Below are positions 1 to 16,600 of a DNA stretch of 64,000 nucleotides, piece after piece. Source of the stretch: the human T2T-CHM13v2.0 reference genome, Homo sapiens. The notes under the pieces were generated by a model. That model did no database searches and was not told where the DNA came from. It saw only the letters and a list, made by a program, of their open reading frames with translations. The DNA is taken from assembly GCF_009914755.1 (NCBI RefSeq), contig NC_060929.1, one strand, 5' to 3'. The position numbers were made by a program, and so were the translations under genes. Every line of letters begins with the position of its first letter. Position 1 is the stretch's first letter.

Positions 1-299
<299 letters not shown>

Positions 300-395
300 C
301 CTGGGAAGATTTTAATTGAGATTTTATTGAATTTATATGAATTCAGGAAGGAAGTCTTTGCGATATTAGCTATTTGCTTCCTGCATGTGCTACTT

Positions 396-692
396 CTTTT
401 TTTTTTTTTTTTTTGAGACGAGTCTTGCTCTGTTGCCCAGGCTGGAGTACAGTGGCATGATCTCGGCTCACTGCAACCTCCACCTCCCGGGTTCAAGCAA
501 TTCTCTGCCTCAGCCTCCCGAGTGGCTGGGATTACAGGCGCCCACCACCATGCCTGGCTAATTTTTTTGTATTTTTAGTAGAGACAGGGTTTCACCATCT
601 TGGCCAGGCTGGTCTTGAACTCCTGACCTTGTGATCCACCTGCCTCGGCCTCCCAAAGTGCTAGGATTACAGGCGTGAGCCACCGCACCCGG
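396..692 (-). mobile_element. Alu SINE (AluS)
   Basis: Full antisense Alu; TSD CTGCATGTGCTA(C/T)TTCT at 381-397 and 693-709. Confidence 0.95.
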
Positions 693-1148
693 CTGCATGT
701 GCTATTTCTTACCATCACTTCAGATTTTCTTTTATATTCTCTAGTAAGGTTTTTATGATTTTCCACAGTGGGATCCTCCCATTTTATGTTAGATTCATTC
801 CGAGGCATTGCCTGGATTCTGTGGCTATTGTGACTGACATCTCGTTTCTGTTGTGCTTTTAATTAGTTAATGCTGTGGTTAGGAACGCTACTGGCTTTTT
901 ATGTTGATCTTATATTTCACCATTTTGCTCAACTCTCAAACAATATTAATTTCACAGGTGATTGAATCAATGATAGCTTTTCTTCTCTTCCTTTGCAATT
1001 TTAATTTTTTCATGGCCAACTCCACTTTTTAGCTAGAAGTGATAACAAAGAACTTATCCTGAGTGACTATCAGGAATGAGTCTAATTATTTCACCATTAA
1101 ATATAACATTTGTTTGAGATTTCCAGCAGACACCCTTTATTAAGTTGA

Positions 1149-1477
<329 letters not shown>

Positions 1478-1489
1478 CAAGTTGATCAA

Positions 1490-2225
1490 ATTTTTAAAGC
1501 ATCCAATAAAGAGGATAGACAAAGCCAAAAGATAGTTCTTTAAAAAGCAAAAGAAAATGAGGAAACCCTGCTGAGCACTTGAGCAGAAAAACAGTAGAGA
1601 TGGGGCAAGAAGATACCGTCAGAAATGTTTGGGAGAGCTCACTATAGGTCTTACAGGCATTCAAAAAATAAGAGGACAAAATATCAAACAGAAAGTTACC
1701 AGATAACCCCGCATTGAAATCGCACGTCCACACAGAAACGTACCCAAATGTTCACAGCAATATTGTTCGCACACGCCAAAAAGGGGAAACAACTCAAGTG
1801 CCCACCAACTGATGAACATAGAAACCAAATGTGGTCCCTCTCTGCAATGGAGTATCATTCACTCTTGAAAGTAACTGAAGTGCTGCCGCACACTCCAGCA
1901 GGATGGATCTCAAACACACGGTGCTGAGTGGCTGCAGTTTCTCCCGGAAGGTCCCATGTTGTATGTGGGATGACTTCTTTTTATGAAATGTCCAGAGCAG
2001 GCAAATCTAGAGACAGGAAATACATCAGTGTTTGCTCAGGGATGGGGCAGGGCAAGGGGTGGGTGACTGCTGATAGGTCCAGAGATTCTTTGGTGGGGGG
2101 ATGACAATGTTCTGGAATTAGACTGTAGTGGTGGTTGCCCAGTATTGTGAATATACGTAATCCACTGAATTGTATGCTTTAAAATAGTGAACTTTGTGTC
2201 ATATGAATTTTGTCTCAAAAACAAT
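1490..2225 (+). mobile_element. Old L1 (L1MB-like) fragments including the 3' end
   Basis: L1M 3' hallmarks: AATGTTCACAGCA, GGCAAATCTAGAGACAG, ATGTTCTGGAATTAGA, CACTGAATTGTATGCTTTAAAA. Confidence 0.75.
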
Positions 2226-2629
2226 TTTGCAAAGAAACAAAAAAAAAGATAAGAGATGATTATGAACAAGTAAGTTTGTGCCAATGCATGTGAGGCCCAG
2301 GCCCCAGGTCCCGTCTGCAGCTCCCAGCACATCGCCTTCCGTCCCTTCCTTCTGCCGCCTCTCTGAGGGTGAGGGTATGATGCAGGGCTGTTGACCTGGG
2401 GCCTGAGTTCCCTTCACCTGGGTTCACCCCCCAGCCCGGACTCAATTAGAATCTTCGCTTCCATTACAAATTCCTAGAAGAAGGCATCTGCTTGGCCACG
2501 CTAGGGTCAGTTATCCACCCCAGCCAGATGAATGTGGCCGAGGCGACAGGACCACGTGGCCTGAACTTGGCTGCTGTGGCCCATGCCTGGGAGGGGTGGG
2601 GAGCAGCTCCTAGAGGAAAGGAGCTGAAC

Positions 2630-2750
2630 ACTTGAGGGTGGAGCCCTTGAGGCCTAATCATCTTGTAAAGGCCCCACCTCTCAACACTTTGACAATGGCA
2701 ATTGGATTTCAGCCTGAGCTGTGGGGGGGACAAACATTCAAACCACAGTC
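2630..2750 (-). mobile_element. MaLR LTR fragment (MST/MLT1A-like)
   Basis: GCCTAATCATCTTGTAAAGGCCCCACCTCTCAACAC...ACAAACATTCAAACCACAG. Confidence 0.65.
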
Positions 2751-3444
2751 CCAGGCCAATGAGCTGGGACCTTGCCCAAGAGAAATACGTAGGTACCTCC
2801 GGAAGGATCTGGACAGGAGAGAACTGTGGCTGGGGTTTTCTCCCCCACAGTCTGGGGCTGTGGGAACGTGGCCTGGGTGGGAGATGACAGGAGCAGAGTC
2901 CAGGGGTCCAGGCACAGGACTAGGGAGAGTGCTGGAAGCCGAAGTGTCAGGGACCAGGATGCAGGACTGTGCAGGTGCTGGAGCTCTACCTGCCCGGAAA
3001 CTGTCCCAAGCGGGGTCCTGGGTGCTGCATACTCAGGGCGGGCTCTGCTTTAAAGTAGAGAGTGTGGGGCAGCCCCTGCTCGGCAGCCATGGCGGCAGTT
3101 CTTGGCCAGCACGTTGCAGACACCACTCACCCAGGCGCCCTCCTGCTGCCGTGCGTTATTAAATTATTCCCGGGGAGATTAGAGGAGAGGCATGAATAAT
3201 TCAAACAAGGGATAAAATCAAATCTAATCAAGTCTGTCTGCCTGCTTGAACTTTGACATGACGACCAGAGCGGATGAGTGAAGCTGTCCAGAGCCAGAAA
3301 CGAGAATTCAGCTTCAGGATTTGCACTCAGACGTTTCTAAGGACACTCCGAGGTGAAGGAAGTGGCAGGTCGGGGCTGCTGCGGTGACTCCCACCTCCCC
3401 AGCTAGGGCCTCGTTGGTCCTTGCTGCAGAGGCTAGGCCCCAGC

Positions 3445-3560
3445 ACTGTCCAGCCATGTGACCCTGGGAAGGTGCTAACCATGCCCGGCCTCAACTTCCT
3501 AGTCTATAAAATGGGAACAAAACTACAATGTGCCTCAGGAAGTTGTTTTGCACACTCAGC
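3445..3560 (+). mobile_element. MIR fragment
   Basis: TGTGACCCTGGG...CCTCAACTTCC...TCTATAAAATGGG, matching the MIR core. Confidence 0.65.
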
Positions 3561-6500
3561 AAAATAACATACAAAAGGCGTTTCATGCCAGTACCGGGGA
3601 GGCAGGGAATAGAGGGTGGGTGCCTGCATCCTTCCATCCTTAATAAAAATGCTTGGGCAGAGTAAAGATGAGCCTTTCCCGTCAGCTCAACATGGCTAAT
3701 TTTCCTGGCTGAAATGTCCATATATGTGTGCATTTATGCAATGGCAGACACATGTCTTTCTCATGAAAGAGCTACATGGGCATTTAAAGTTCAGGAGAAT
3801 GGAGCTTGCTTTTTTCTCCATAAAATGTCCAGTTTTATGGTTTCAGTAAGCAATGGAGAAATAAGGCATCATCAGCAGGGTGACTTTGGCAAAGGCGGCT
3901 GGCGGTGGCTTCCAGCCCCACCTGCTCAGGCAGCCTCTATGGCCCCTGCACGCTGCCCCCAGGGCCAGGAGCAAGGTTCTACCTTCGCCACTCTGCCTCC
4001 CAAGGCCTCCCCACCAGCCCACGGTCTGACATCTGGACTGTTGCCATAGGCCCCCGTTTTGGCTGCTGGCTAACAGGACAGCGACCACCCACCAAGACAG
4101 ACATCCACTCTCTGTGGCCACGCCCTGCTTTCTCTGCAGCTCGGGGCCAGGAGCACTGTGACTCCTCAAGGCAGGATGAAGGCTGCCGCTGTGCCTGTGA
4201 GCTCTCATGTCCCACCGCTCTGCCCGAGCCATGGTCTCAGGGCACTGCCTGGAGCTCCTTTCACAGAAAGGGTCAGATGCCCAAGGGGGCCCGTAGGGCA
4301 GCAGCGGGTGGGTGAAGCCAGCTAAGCAGGGCCTTCCAGCACACAAGGATGTCGGCCCCAGGGCGGGCATCTTCAGAGAGACCCAGAGCATCGAGGCTGG
4401 GGTGTGGAGCTGCCGGTGCGCCACCGTGGGTGGTGTCAAGCAGAATGCATCTTGCCGCGAGATCTGGCATCTGCACTGCCTGCTTCTCCTGCCGCAGGCT
4501 GCCACCTCCCTGACACAGGGACCCAGCCCAGCCGGTGTTCTCACATGAGCCTGGGGGTGGGGGGCGGCTGTTGTCTGCCCCTCCAGGACACATGTGCCTA
4601 GGCCTGAGCCCCTGCTTGGCTCCTGCCGCACCCTGTGGGCTCAACTCCGCACAGGGCAGCTGTTCTTCTTGACATTTTCCAGATAAGTGGATGTTTTTAT
4701 TCTGGAATTTGGGAGCGACCTTTATCTGCTGTCTGGAAGGAAGCATCTGTCACCAGTGTAAAGCCTCCCAGTCTCCCAGGGCTCCACTCGGTGGCCCCCG
4801 CATGCTGGAACCAGTCCTCCCAGACACCACGGTTGGGGGCAGGGCCGGCCCTGGGGTCAGGCAACAACCAGAGCCGTCAGCTACTCTGGGACGCAGCCCA
4901 GGCCGGGAGGAGGCAGATGCAGGCACCACGGGACCTGGGTGACCGGCCTCTGTTCACTCCTCCCATCCCTTGGTGCCCGGCACACAGAGGGGCTGAGGAG
5001 CGTGGAGAAGGGAGGGGCAGGGAGCAGCCGGGGCAGGGGCCTCCCGGCTGGGCCTGAGGAGGAGCAAAGCCTGCCTGGGACCCCCAGGACCCCCAGGATC
5101 CCTCTTCACTGCCAGCCTGGCCATGGAGAGGGGCCCAGTCTCCCCTGGAGCACACGGTCGCCCGACGGCTGGTCACAATCGGGTAGGCAGCGTGTCCTCC
5201 CTCTCCAGTCCTCAACTACAGAGGGAGGACTCAAAGTGGGACAGGCAGACAATCATCCGCCCAGGGACTGTGCTGGGAAGGAGGGTGTGGTCTCAAGGAG
5301 GGAGGCCTGGGCGCTGAGGCATTTCCAGGTAGGAAGCAGACAAGCTCCTGGGTGGGTGGAAGAGGCCTCCCCTAGGGCATGTGGACCCCGGGCAAATACA
5401 TTCTAAGGCGGGAGTCCTCGTTTCTATAAACTATCAGGTTTTCCTAAAATCAACAAGACAGCACCATGCTGGCCGCCCAACCTCACGTGATCCAACTAAA
5501 GGAAGCCCACACAGGCTAGCAGGGAACCATCTGTTCCTAGGCCCCCTTTCCAGGACTGGACCCCAGCCACACAGTCCTCACAACCACCATCAGCCTGAGT
5601 TCCAAAGCTCCTTCAGACATGCAACCAACTTTCCACACTGGGCATGGGGCCACACAGTGCTCCGTGGAGAGGAACAGGGGCCACCAGGCCCCACATGGTT
5701 CCCCACTCAGGCTTGGGGAGCTACCCCTCGGCACCTTTGGCAGTGCTGACTGGTCTCAGGCACTGGAGGGGGTCTTGGAATTTCTGAGAACGGTATTCCA
5801 AACTCGGGGGCCCAGGATCCCAGGGCAGGGCACCCACCACCCAGGTCTAAAGCAATACTGACTACAAAGACCCCAGGTGACAGGACCGAGGGCATCCCAA
5901 CCCTTCCCTCCCAAGAGCCAGGGCTGAGCCAGACACAAGGGACAGAGGAAGGGCTGGCCTGGGATGAAAGGGACACTCAAGGGGGCAGCTCCCTGGAGCC
6001 TGGACTAGCCACCCAGGCTCAATCTGCAGGCAGCATCACCCCACACACCCCAGATTCCAGGTGGTGCAAAGCTCAGATGCTGCCACCACCTGTTCCCCGT
6101 GCCCAGGCCACCCCACTCCAGGCCAGGGTGGGAGCCAGGCCGGCCTCCTTTGCCAACCTCTGGGCCCAGGCAGACTCCTTCTCTCCGAGACTCTGCTCAG
6201 AAACACCAGAGGCTTTCTGAGCCTATCCAAGACCAGATGGCGTTCATCTCTCAGTGTCAATAAATCGGACGTCTCCAGGGAAATGACTTTTACTTGGTAA
6301 ATACCAAGCAAGAAGAGACGGCGGCGCGAGCCCCCAGTCTAGGAGAACCGCAGCCAGCAGGCAGCCACCTATTGATTTCATCTCCCTCCAAGGCCAGGGT
6401 GCTGCAGGGAGGAGCAGCTTTTCCTCCGACACGACTGCGCCCGCAGGGACAGGAGGAGCAGCCGTGCTTCTCTCCAGCTGCATGAGGCGGTCTTGCAGGG

Positions 6501-6696
6501 GAGAGACAGCCCTCCCAGAAGGGACCTCGGTAGGGCTAACGGCAGCTGGCACAAAAATCCACCACCAAAGGTAGAAGGAGCTGCGCCAGGCTGTTGGCAG
6601 TGGGAGGGGAGAGAGTCCTGGAGACAAGGAGGGGACCAAAGGGAAGGCAGCAATCCAGATGGTCCTGCGGGGTCGGACAGGGCTAAGACAGGAGGC

Positions 6697-7080
6697 TGTG
6701 CTGGCTGTTCTCATGCTGCTGTAAAGAATCACCTGGAACTCGGTCATTTATAAGAAGGAGCATTTTAATTCCCTCATGGTTCTGCAGGCTGTACAGGAAG
6801 CATGGTACTGGCATCTGCTTCTGGGGAGGCCTCAGGAAACTTCCAGTCATGGCGGGAGGTGAAGGGGGAGCAGGCACATCACACGGCAAAAGCAGGAGTG
6901 AGAAAGAAGGGGACGGGCGCCACACTTTACAACAACCAGGTCTACCAAGAACTCACTATGGCGAGGACAGCACCAAGCCATGAGGAATCTGCCCCATGAC
7001 CCAAACACCCCCCACCTCCAACACTGAAGACTCCATTTCAGCCTGAGATGTGGGCAGGGACAAATATCCAAACCATATCA
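6697..7080 (-). mobile_element. MST (MSTA/MSTB-like) MaLR solo LTR
   Basis: TG...CA termini; GGTTCTGCAGGCTGTACAGGAAGCATGG and CCAAACCATATCA; near-perfect 5-bp TSD GAGGC/CAGGC. Confidence 0.88.
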
Positions 7081-7544
7081 CAGGCGCCAGGGCCCCTTGC
7101 CCACGGGTGGCCGTGAGGGTGGCTGCACTGTTCTCTGCCCCACTTGCCTTTCTTTAGGATCGCCCCCCGCTTCCCCAGCCCCACCATTCCATAAAGATTC
7201 CACTCAGAACTTTGAGCTGGGGTGGGACTGAACCCACCTCCCTGGCCTCCAGGCTGGGCTTATGTTTCCAGCTTGGCCCATCTCTGTAGTCCGTTCCCTG
7301 ATGTTAGGTCCTCCCCACTCCTGTCACCACCGTGAGTGGCACGTGACCCAAGCTCCGCCAAGCCCTAGGCATTCCCAGCCCATGGGAAACAGAAGTGTTT
7401 CCCTCCACTAGACACCTCATCCCATGATCTGCTGGGTCTGGGGTTGGGAGTAGTCCTGTGTCTGTGGGCGGAGGAAAGAATGAGAGTCACAGGGCCTTCC
7501 TCTCTAGGACACAGGGGGTTCACTTCAAAAACACTCTAAATTGA

Positions 7545-8140
<596 letters not shown>

Positions 8141-8265
8141 AACACCGCCTAAGTCAAGCCTTGTTGCAGAGTAAGATGCATTCTGCATTCTCCCATCAGC
8201 AGCTCCATATGGGAAGTTAATATGCCTCCTAGTCACGTGACTCTGATGTTCTTCCTGGTGAATGA

Positions 8266-8708
<443 letters not shown>

Positions 8709-8809
8709 TACACCCTCCTTTGCTAATCATCCCACCACCTTTGTCTCCACATGAACTATGTACTAGGCTGCACCCCCCTCAGGGCCACCATCCAAATACC
8801 TGCTAAAGA

Positions 8810-9730
8810 TAAAGATGGATGGACAAATGGATGGATGGATGGAAGTGTGGGTAAACGAACGGGTGGTAGGATGGTTGGGATGGATGGATGGATGTTCGAA
8901 GAGTGAGTCGGTAGTTGGTAGCTAGATGGACAGATGAATGAAAGATGGACACATGGTTGGGCAGATGAAAGGATTGAGAAATGGATGGATGGATGTGTGG
9001 GTGAACAAATGGATGAAGGAATGGGCGGTAGGATGGTTGAGTTGGATGAATGGATGGATGGATGGATGGATCTTTGAGTAGTGAGTAGGTAGTGGATAGG
9101 TATATGGACAGGTGAATGAAAGGTAGACACATGGTTGGGCAGATGAAAGGATTGAGAAATGGATGGATGGATGTGTGGGTGAACAAATGGATGAAGGAAT
9201 GGGTGGTAGGATGGTTGAGTTGGATGAATGGATGGATGGATGGATGGATGGATGGATGGATCTTTGAGTAGTGAGTAGGTAGTGGGTAGGTATATGGACA
9301 GGTGAAAGAAAGGTAGACACATGAGTGGACAGATGAAAGGATTGAGAAATGGATGGATGGATGTGTGGGTGAATGAATGGATGAAGGGATGGGTGGTAGG
9401 ATGGTTGGGGTGGATGGATGGATGAATGAGTAGTGAGTGAGTAGTGGGTAGCTAGATGGACAGATGAATGAAAGGTGGCCACATGAGTGGACAGATGAAA
9501 GGATTGAGAAATGGATGGATGGATGTGTGGGTGAATGAATGGATGAAGGGATGGGTGGTAGGATGGTTGGGGTGGATGGATGGATGAATGAGTAATGAGT
9601 GAGTAGTGGGTAGCTAGATGGACAGATGAATGAAAGGTGGCCACATGAGTGGACAGATGAAAGGATTGAGAAATGGATGGACAGATGGGTAGGTGGATGG
9701 ATGACCATTTAATGGATGAAAAAAATAGAT
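8810..9730. repeat. (GGAT)n-based satellite with 162-190 bp higher-order units
   Basis: Anchor CAGATGAAAGGATTGAGAAATGGATGG at 8962, 9140, 9330, 9492 and 9654. Confidence 0.92.
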
Positions 9731-10037
9731 GGATTTCTCGTAGGAGAAAGTAAGCTTTTTAAAGGCAGGACTGTGCATTTCACTTCCTTGTTTTTATCTC
9801 CAGTGATTTCTGCATGACAGGTTTCACAAAATATTTCTTCCTTGTAACAGACTCTTCCAGACAACACTGACAGGGTTATTGCCTTCAGATCCCACATAGA
9901 CCACGTAAGATTCTAAGGAAAAAATGGTAAAATCAGTGGGAGTAACTTTATAATGGCCACCCCCCAAAAAAGAAATTGCATTTAGGAGCTACTTTATGAA
10001 AACTGCTGTTGTTTGTAACGTTTAAAATGTACTTTGA

Positions 10038-10451
<414 letters not shown>

Positions 10452-10729
10452 TAATTTTAAATTGAGGAGTTTTAAAATATTTAATCATTAAGTTATTTTT
10501 AAAATAACAATAATAAGCCTAATAATAATAATAAAAACAACAATAATACATGCTTATATAAGTAACACTTTTGTGTGTGTGTATTTAAAAAAAAAAAAAA
10601 CTAATTCTATTCTCCAAGACAAACCAAAAACTGTAGTGAGAAGAGTGGTACTGTTGGAGAGCTTTGCAAATCTCTTTACTGCCTGGATGAAGAGCAGACA
10701 GCTGAGTTCTCATCTCTGCTCTGCCTTCA

Positions 10730-11153
<424 letters not shown>

Positions 11154-11238
11154 TCAGAGCATTTTCAGAGAGCTACGGGTGTTCTTATTTGATGCTACTA
11201 CAGAACTCAACGAGTAGCAGTTTCCTAAGCATTAGTTG

Positions 11239-11360
11239 CTGGGGCCAGACTAGGGTGAGACAAGTGAGGCCTAGGGTGCAAACTCAGGGAGGCGCTGGTT
11301 CTCAGGGGTGTGCAGCTGCTGACCCGGCACCTCGTTCCCTTCAACCTAATATCCACCCTG
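11239..11360. mobile_element. MER96-like hAT MITE
   Basis: GGGCCAGACTAGGGTGAGACAAGTGAGGCCTAGGGTGCAAA...CCCTG resembles MER96 termini. Confidence 0.55.
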
Positions 11361-11539
11361 CTATATGCAATGTGAAATTGAATCCAGAGTGATAAACTTT
11401 TGTTCTCTGCTCCATCAAAACTCATTCATTTTTCTTGGACTTTGAATGGATCTTTTGCCCATGCATGTTTGCATGGGCATGGAACCATCAGGACTGGGAT
11501 TTCATCTTACTCTACTACAAACTAATCCATTAACTTGTT

Positions 11540-12420
<881 letters not shown>

Positions 12421-13046
12421 ATGATTGTTTTTTCCTGGCGGAAATATCATGCATTGGTCATTTGGAAAATTTTGGTTCACTGAGTTATGTAGATCCTCCA
12501 AATGTTGACACATGTCTTTGCACAATATCAAAAACCACATTTATTAACATCATCATTAATCTCATCAGAAAAGTCTTTAGGTACCGACAAACCAGCAAGC
12601 TTACAGTGGCAGACACAGGTTTGCCAAAATTCTAATTTTTGCTTGAAAGCCCAAATTTCATCTTGAGGAATGAGCTCAAATTTTATCTTTAGGAGTTGTT
12701 TAAAAATAACTGTTCCGTGCTGTCAGTTATTTTCCTTGAAGAGATATGCTTACTTTGCTGGTTTTCAATAGAATGTCCTCCAAATATCCAAGTCTGAATA
12801 ACCATCGTATGACCGTTGACCAACCCTCCAGGTAGAAATTGTATTCCCTGAGAAAAGGGGCTAGTTCAGCTTGCAACTCAAACAATCGCACACGTGCTTT
12901 TCTTTGAGACAAACGTAGTTGAGAATGTAGCAGAAATGTTTCCTACTTCCCACTTCATGACACAAAACACTAAAAAGACACGTGCCCAGAGGTCAAGATT
13001 TTTAAAAACTAATAAATTTTACTTTGCTATCAGGGACATTCTTGCT

Positions 13047-13342
13047 GGACACAGTGGCTCACACCTCTAATGGCAGAACTTTGAGATGTTCAAGTAAGAG
13101 GATCACTTGAGCCCAGGAGTTCCAGGCCAGCCTGAGCAGCAAAGGGAGACCCTGTCTCTCCAAAAAAAGTAATAAACAGGCATAGTGGCACATGCCTGTG
13201 GTCTCAGCTACTTGGGAGGCTCTGGCGGGAAGATCGCTGGGGCACAGGACGTGGAGGCTGCAACGAGCCAGGATCCCATCACTACACTCCAGCATGGAAA
13301 ACATAGTGAGATCCCATCTTAACAACAAAAGAAAACAAAAAA
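13047..13342 (+). mobile_element. AluJ
   Basis: Diverged Alu with GAGCCCAGGAGTT and GAGGCTGCA J-type motifs. Confidence 0.85.
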
Positions 13343-13965
13343 ACCCAGCACGTTCTTAAGTAAAGTCATTTTTTTTGTGGCTCTGGGAGTGTAGAGCAGT
13401 AAGGAACACAGAGCTGGCACATCGGGGATCCACTGCCTTGATCTGAATTAGTTTTACCCACGGTCATTTTGTACCTTTTACACTAAATGTCAACATGATG
13501 AAAAGGGCAAATAATGTCTTAACAGTCACATGAAAATACTTTTACTTCACAGACCTCTGAATAAGTCGTGGGAGCCCTCGGGTCCTGCAGACCACAAGGG
13601 AGGAGCGACTGATGTTCACTTTGGAGACGCGGGCTTCTGATTGCACCCTTGCCCCAGGCCCTGTGAACTCCAGGAAAGGATCTTCCAGGGACACAGACAA
13701 CAGAACAAAATACTTGTTTGTCTTCAAGGACTTCAGGGTCTTCAGCATGTTCAAACCCACAGGTGCCTTCGGGGACCAAGAGGCAGAGAGATGGGAGGAG
13801 CGGCTGGGTGGGGCCCGGGCAGAGCGGAGGACACAGGTGTGAATTTGTGCGCAGCCGCTGCTCCCTCCGGCCAGCCGTGGCCAAGTGGACATTCGGACCC
13901 AGAGCGGCCAGATCTTGTAATTTCCAAGAAAGCCAGAAACCCAGATTTTTATATAAAATTTCTGA

Positions 13966-14289
<324 letters not shown>

Positions 14290-14689
14290 GGCAGCTATTT
14301 ATCTTAACAAAACAAATCTGTGAGGCTAAACAGAAGACCCCCAGGCTGGGTTCAGGCTATGGGTGCCAGTGTGCAGCCTCTGGTCTCGAGGGAGAGCCAG
14401 ACACATACATCATTACAACATGAGCTGATGTGGGGTTACAAGGTGCCCTGGGAGCAGAGAGAAAGAAGGGCCTGATAATCACAGCTTCCCTTTCCTGAGA
14501 ACTTGCAGGTACCGGGGGGTCTACACACCACGGCTTCACGTAATCCACTTGGCAACCTCACAAGGTAGGAATCATGATGACCCGCGCTATTTTATAGAGG
14601 AGGAAACTGAGACTTAAGGTGCATAAGTAACCGACCAGGCCGCAGCTCTCCCCTCGCCTCCTGCAGCTCTCCCCTCACTTCCACCTCTC

Positions 14690-14874
14690 TGTCTCTCTGG
14701 GTTTCTTGCTGCACTCATAGGAAGCAGGCTTCTGCCTTGGGGCCTTGGCATATGCTGTCTCCTTCTGTCTGGATGGTTCTTTCCCCAGAAGAACTTCCCC
14801 CTCCACTGCATTCAGGCAGCTACTGAAAACCACCTTCTCACAGAGCCCTTCCCTAACTCCCTGTCCCATGATAA

Positions 14875-14916
<42 letters not shown>

Positions 14917-15090
14917 TACACCCTCACCCTGCTTTATTTCCTTCTGTGTATAATTTCCAGAAATTACTGGATTCCTGTTCCTGTTTATTTTCTATCTGCT
15001 GTCCCTGCCAGTGCCATCCCCACTAGAATGCAGCTGCCTGCGTGAGGTCACCTGGCACCTAGGACAGCGCTGGTCCCTGTGAGTGCTCCC
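14690..15090 (+). mobile_element. L2 3' fragment containing a (CA)n microsatellite at 14876-14913
   Basis: GGGCCTTGGCATATGCTGTC...CACCTTCTCACAGAGCCCTTCCCTAAC, an L2-like motif. Confidence 0.6.
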
Positions 15091-15439
15091 TAACTGTGCC
15101 GCCTGGATGGAGGGAGACCTACCGCTGGGCTCAAGACGCAGGAACACGAGGCACACACAGTTATGACTCATCAGACCCTTGCAATTTACTTCAAAAGAGT
15201 CTAATGACAACGAACTGTAAAACGCTGTGAGAAATCGGCACAGGGAGGAAGAGGTGAGCTGAGTGTGAGATCGGGACAGGCCCCGTCTGGGGGGATGTGG
15301 TGCTTGGGCTCCAGAACACCCCCCCGGGGTCTTTCCCACAGGCACAGCCACCCAAGGAGAGCTCACCTCGGCCGGCCACAAGCAGGTTACCTACTCAATT
15401 CTTCATGCACAAACAGTAGTGACAGACTCACAATATGAA

Positions 15440-16600
15440 ATTGACTGACAACCCAATTTCAAAAATAACTTATGGGAGCCTTCCCAAAAGAAGATAGCAA
15501 GTGGCAGATACATGTATGAAAAGGGGCTCAACCTCACTCTTCATTGGGGAAACTCAAATGAAAACCACGCTGAGATACTGCAGTGCTCCAGCAGAATGGC
15601 TGAAATTAAAGGCTGGCTGTACCCCGTGTGGGTGTAGATGTGGGGCAGTTAGGACCCCCGTGCACGGTTGGTGAGCATATTAATTGGTACCACCACTGCA
15701 CAGAAATGTCTGGAAATCCCTCCTCTTCCCTAACATATGCGGGTCCTTTGACCCACATGTTTCTCTCTTGTTCTATATTGAAGAGAAATGAGTGTGTATG
15801 TTACAGAATCACCAGGGGTTTGTCTAGGTGCTGCTGCTCACCACACAAAAAGCCAGTCACTGAGACAAGGAGCATTGCCAGAGAAGAAGCTTTAATCCCG
15901 TGCTGCAGCCCAGGAGATGGGAGATCAGTCTCAGCCCATCCCCTGACCCACGAAAATCAGGGGTTTATGTAGCAGAGAAGAAATGTAACCATGTGTGTGA
16001 AAACAGGAATCAGGGAGGGGCGAGGAAGAGTCGGTCACCAGGAAGCAGGTGGTGGGTTAGGCAATTCCCAGGCTGGAGGGTGTGGTGGTCTTGGGAGTTT
16101 TTTTTTTTATTCTATCTGGGAGGCCTGATAGGTGGTTTCTTGGGAAAGGAACTCAGATAAGACAAGAAGGATCTTATCTTGTGAGACTGGGAGGATCATT
16201 TCTATGTTTATTCAAAGAAACCATAAACATCAGTTCTATGGGACAATTGGGCCGGTTTCACTTCTCTCCGATAACGAACACATTGAAGAATGTTCATCAT
16301 AACTTTATTCCTAATAGTCAAAACCCCAAACACTCATCAGTAAATGAGTAAGTGAACTGTGGCCTGTGCATCTGAAGGAGAACTACACACACACAGCAGA
16401 GAACAATCTCAGCAGCATGGTGACGCTCACGCTGGGGAAAAGAGGCCAGACACAAAAGGGAATGTACCGAAAGATTCCTTTTATATAAAGGACAAGAGTA
16501 GGCAAAACTGTTATGTGGAAATGAGAACAATGGTTACCTCCTAGGGCAGAGGAGCATACAGACCAGGAAGGCAGAGGAGGGGCTGTCTTGAAATGCACCT
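15440..16600 (+). mobile_element. Old L1M fragment interrupted by an LTR
   Basis: GCTCAACCTCACTCTTCATTGGGGAAACTCAAATGAAAACCAC; resumes after 16270. Confidence 0.6.
15799..16260 (-). mobile_element. ERV1 solo LTR (LTR26/MER66-like)
   Basis: TGTTACAG...CCAGGGGTTTGTCTAGG...GGACAATTGGGCCGGTTTCA with TG/CA termini. Confidence 0.7.

Noticed and set aside
3843-4631. 262-aa minus-strand ORF and the overlapping ORFs in the 2.6-6.7 kb block
   Set aside because: No recognisable domain; ORFs overlap in many frames, as expected by chance in GC-rich DNA.
8756-9708. 188-301 aa His/Pro/Ser/Ile-rich ORFs
   Set aside because: Artefacts of the stop-free (ATCC)n strand of the satellite.
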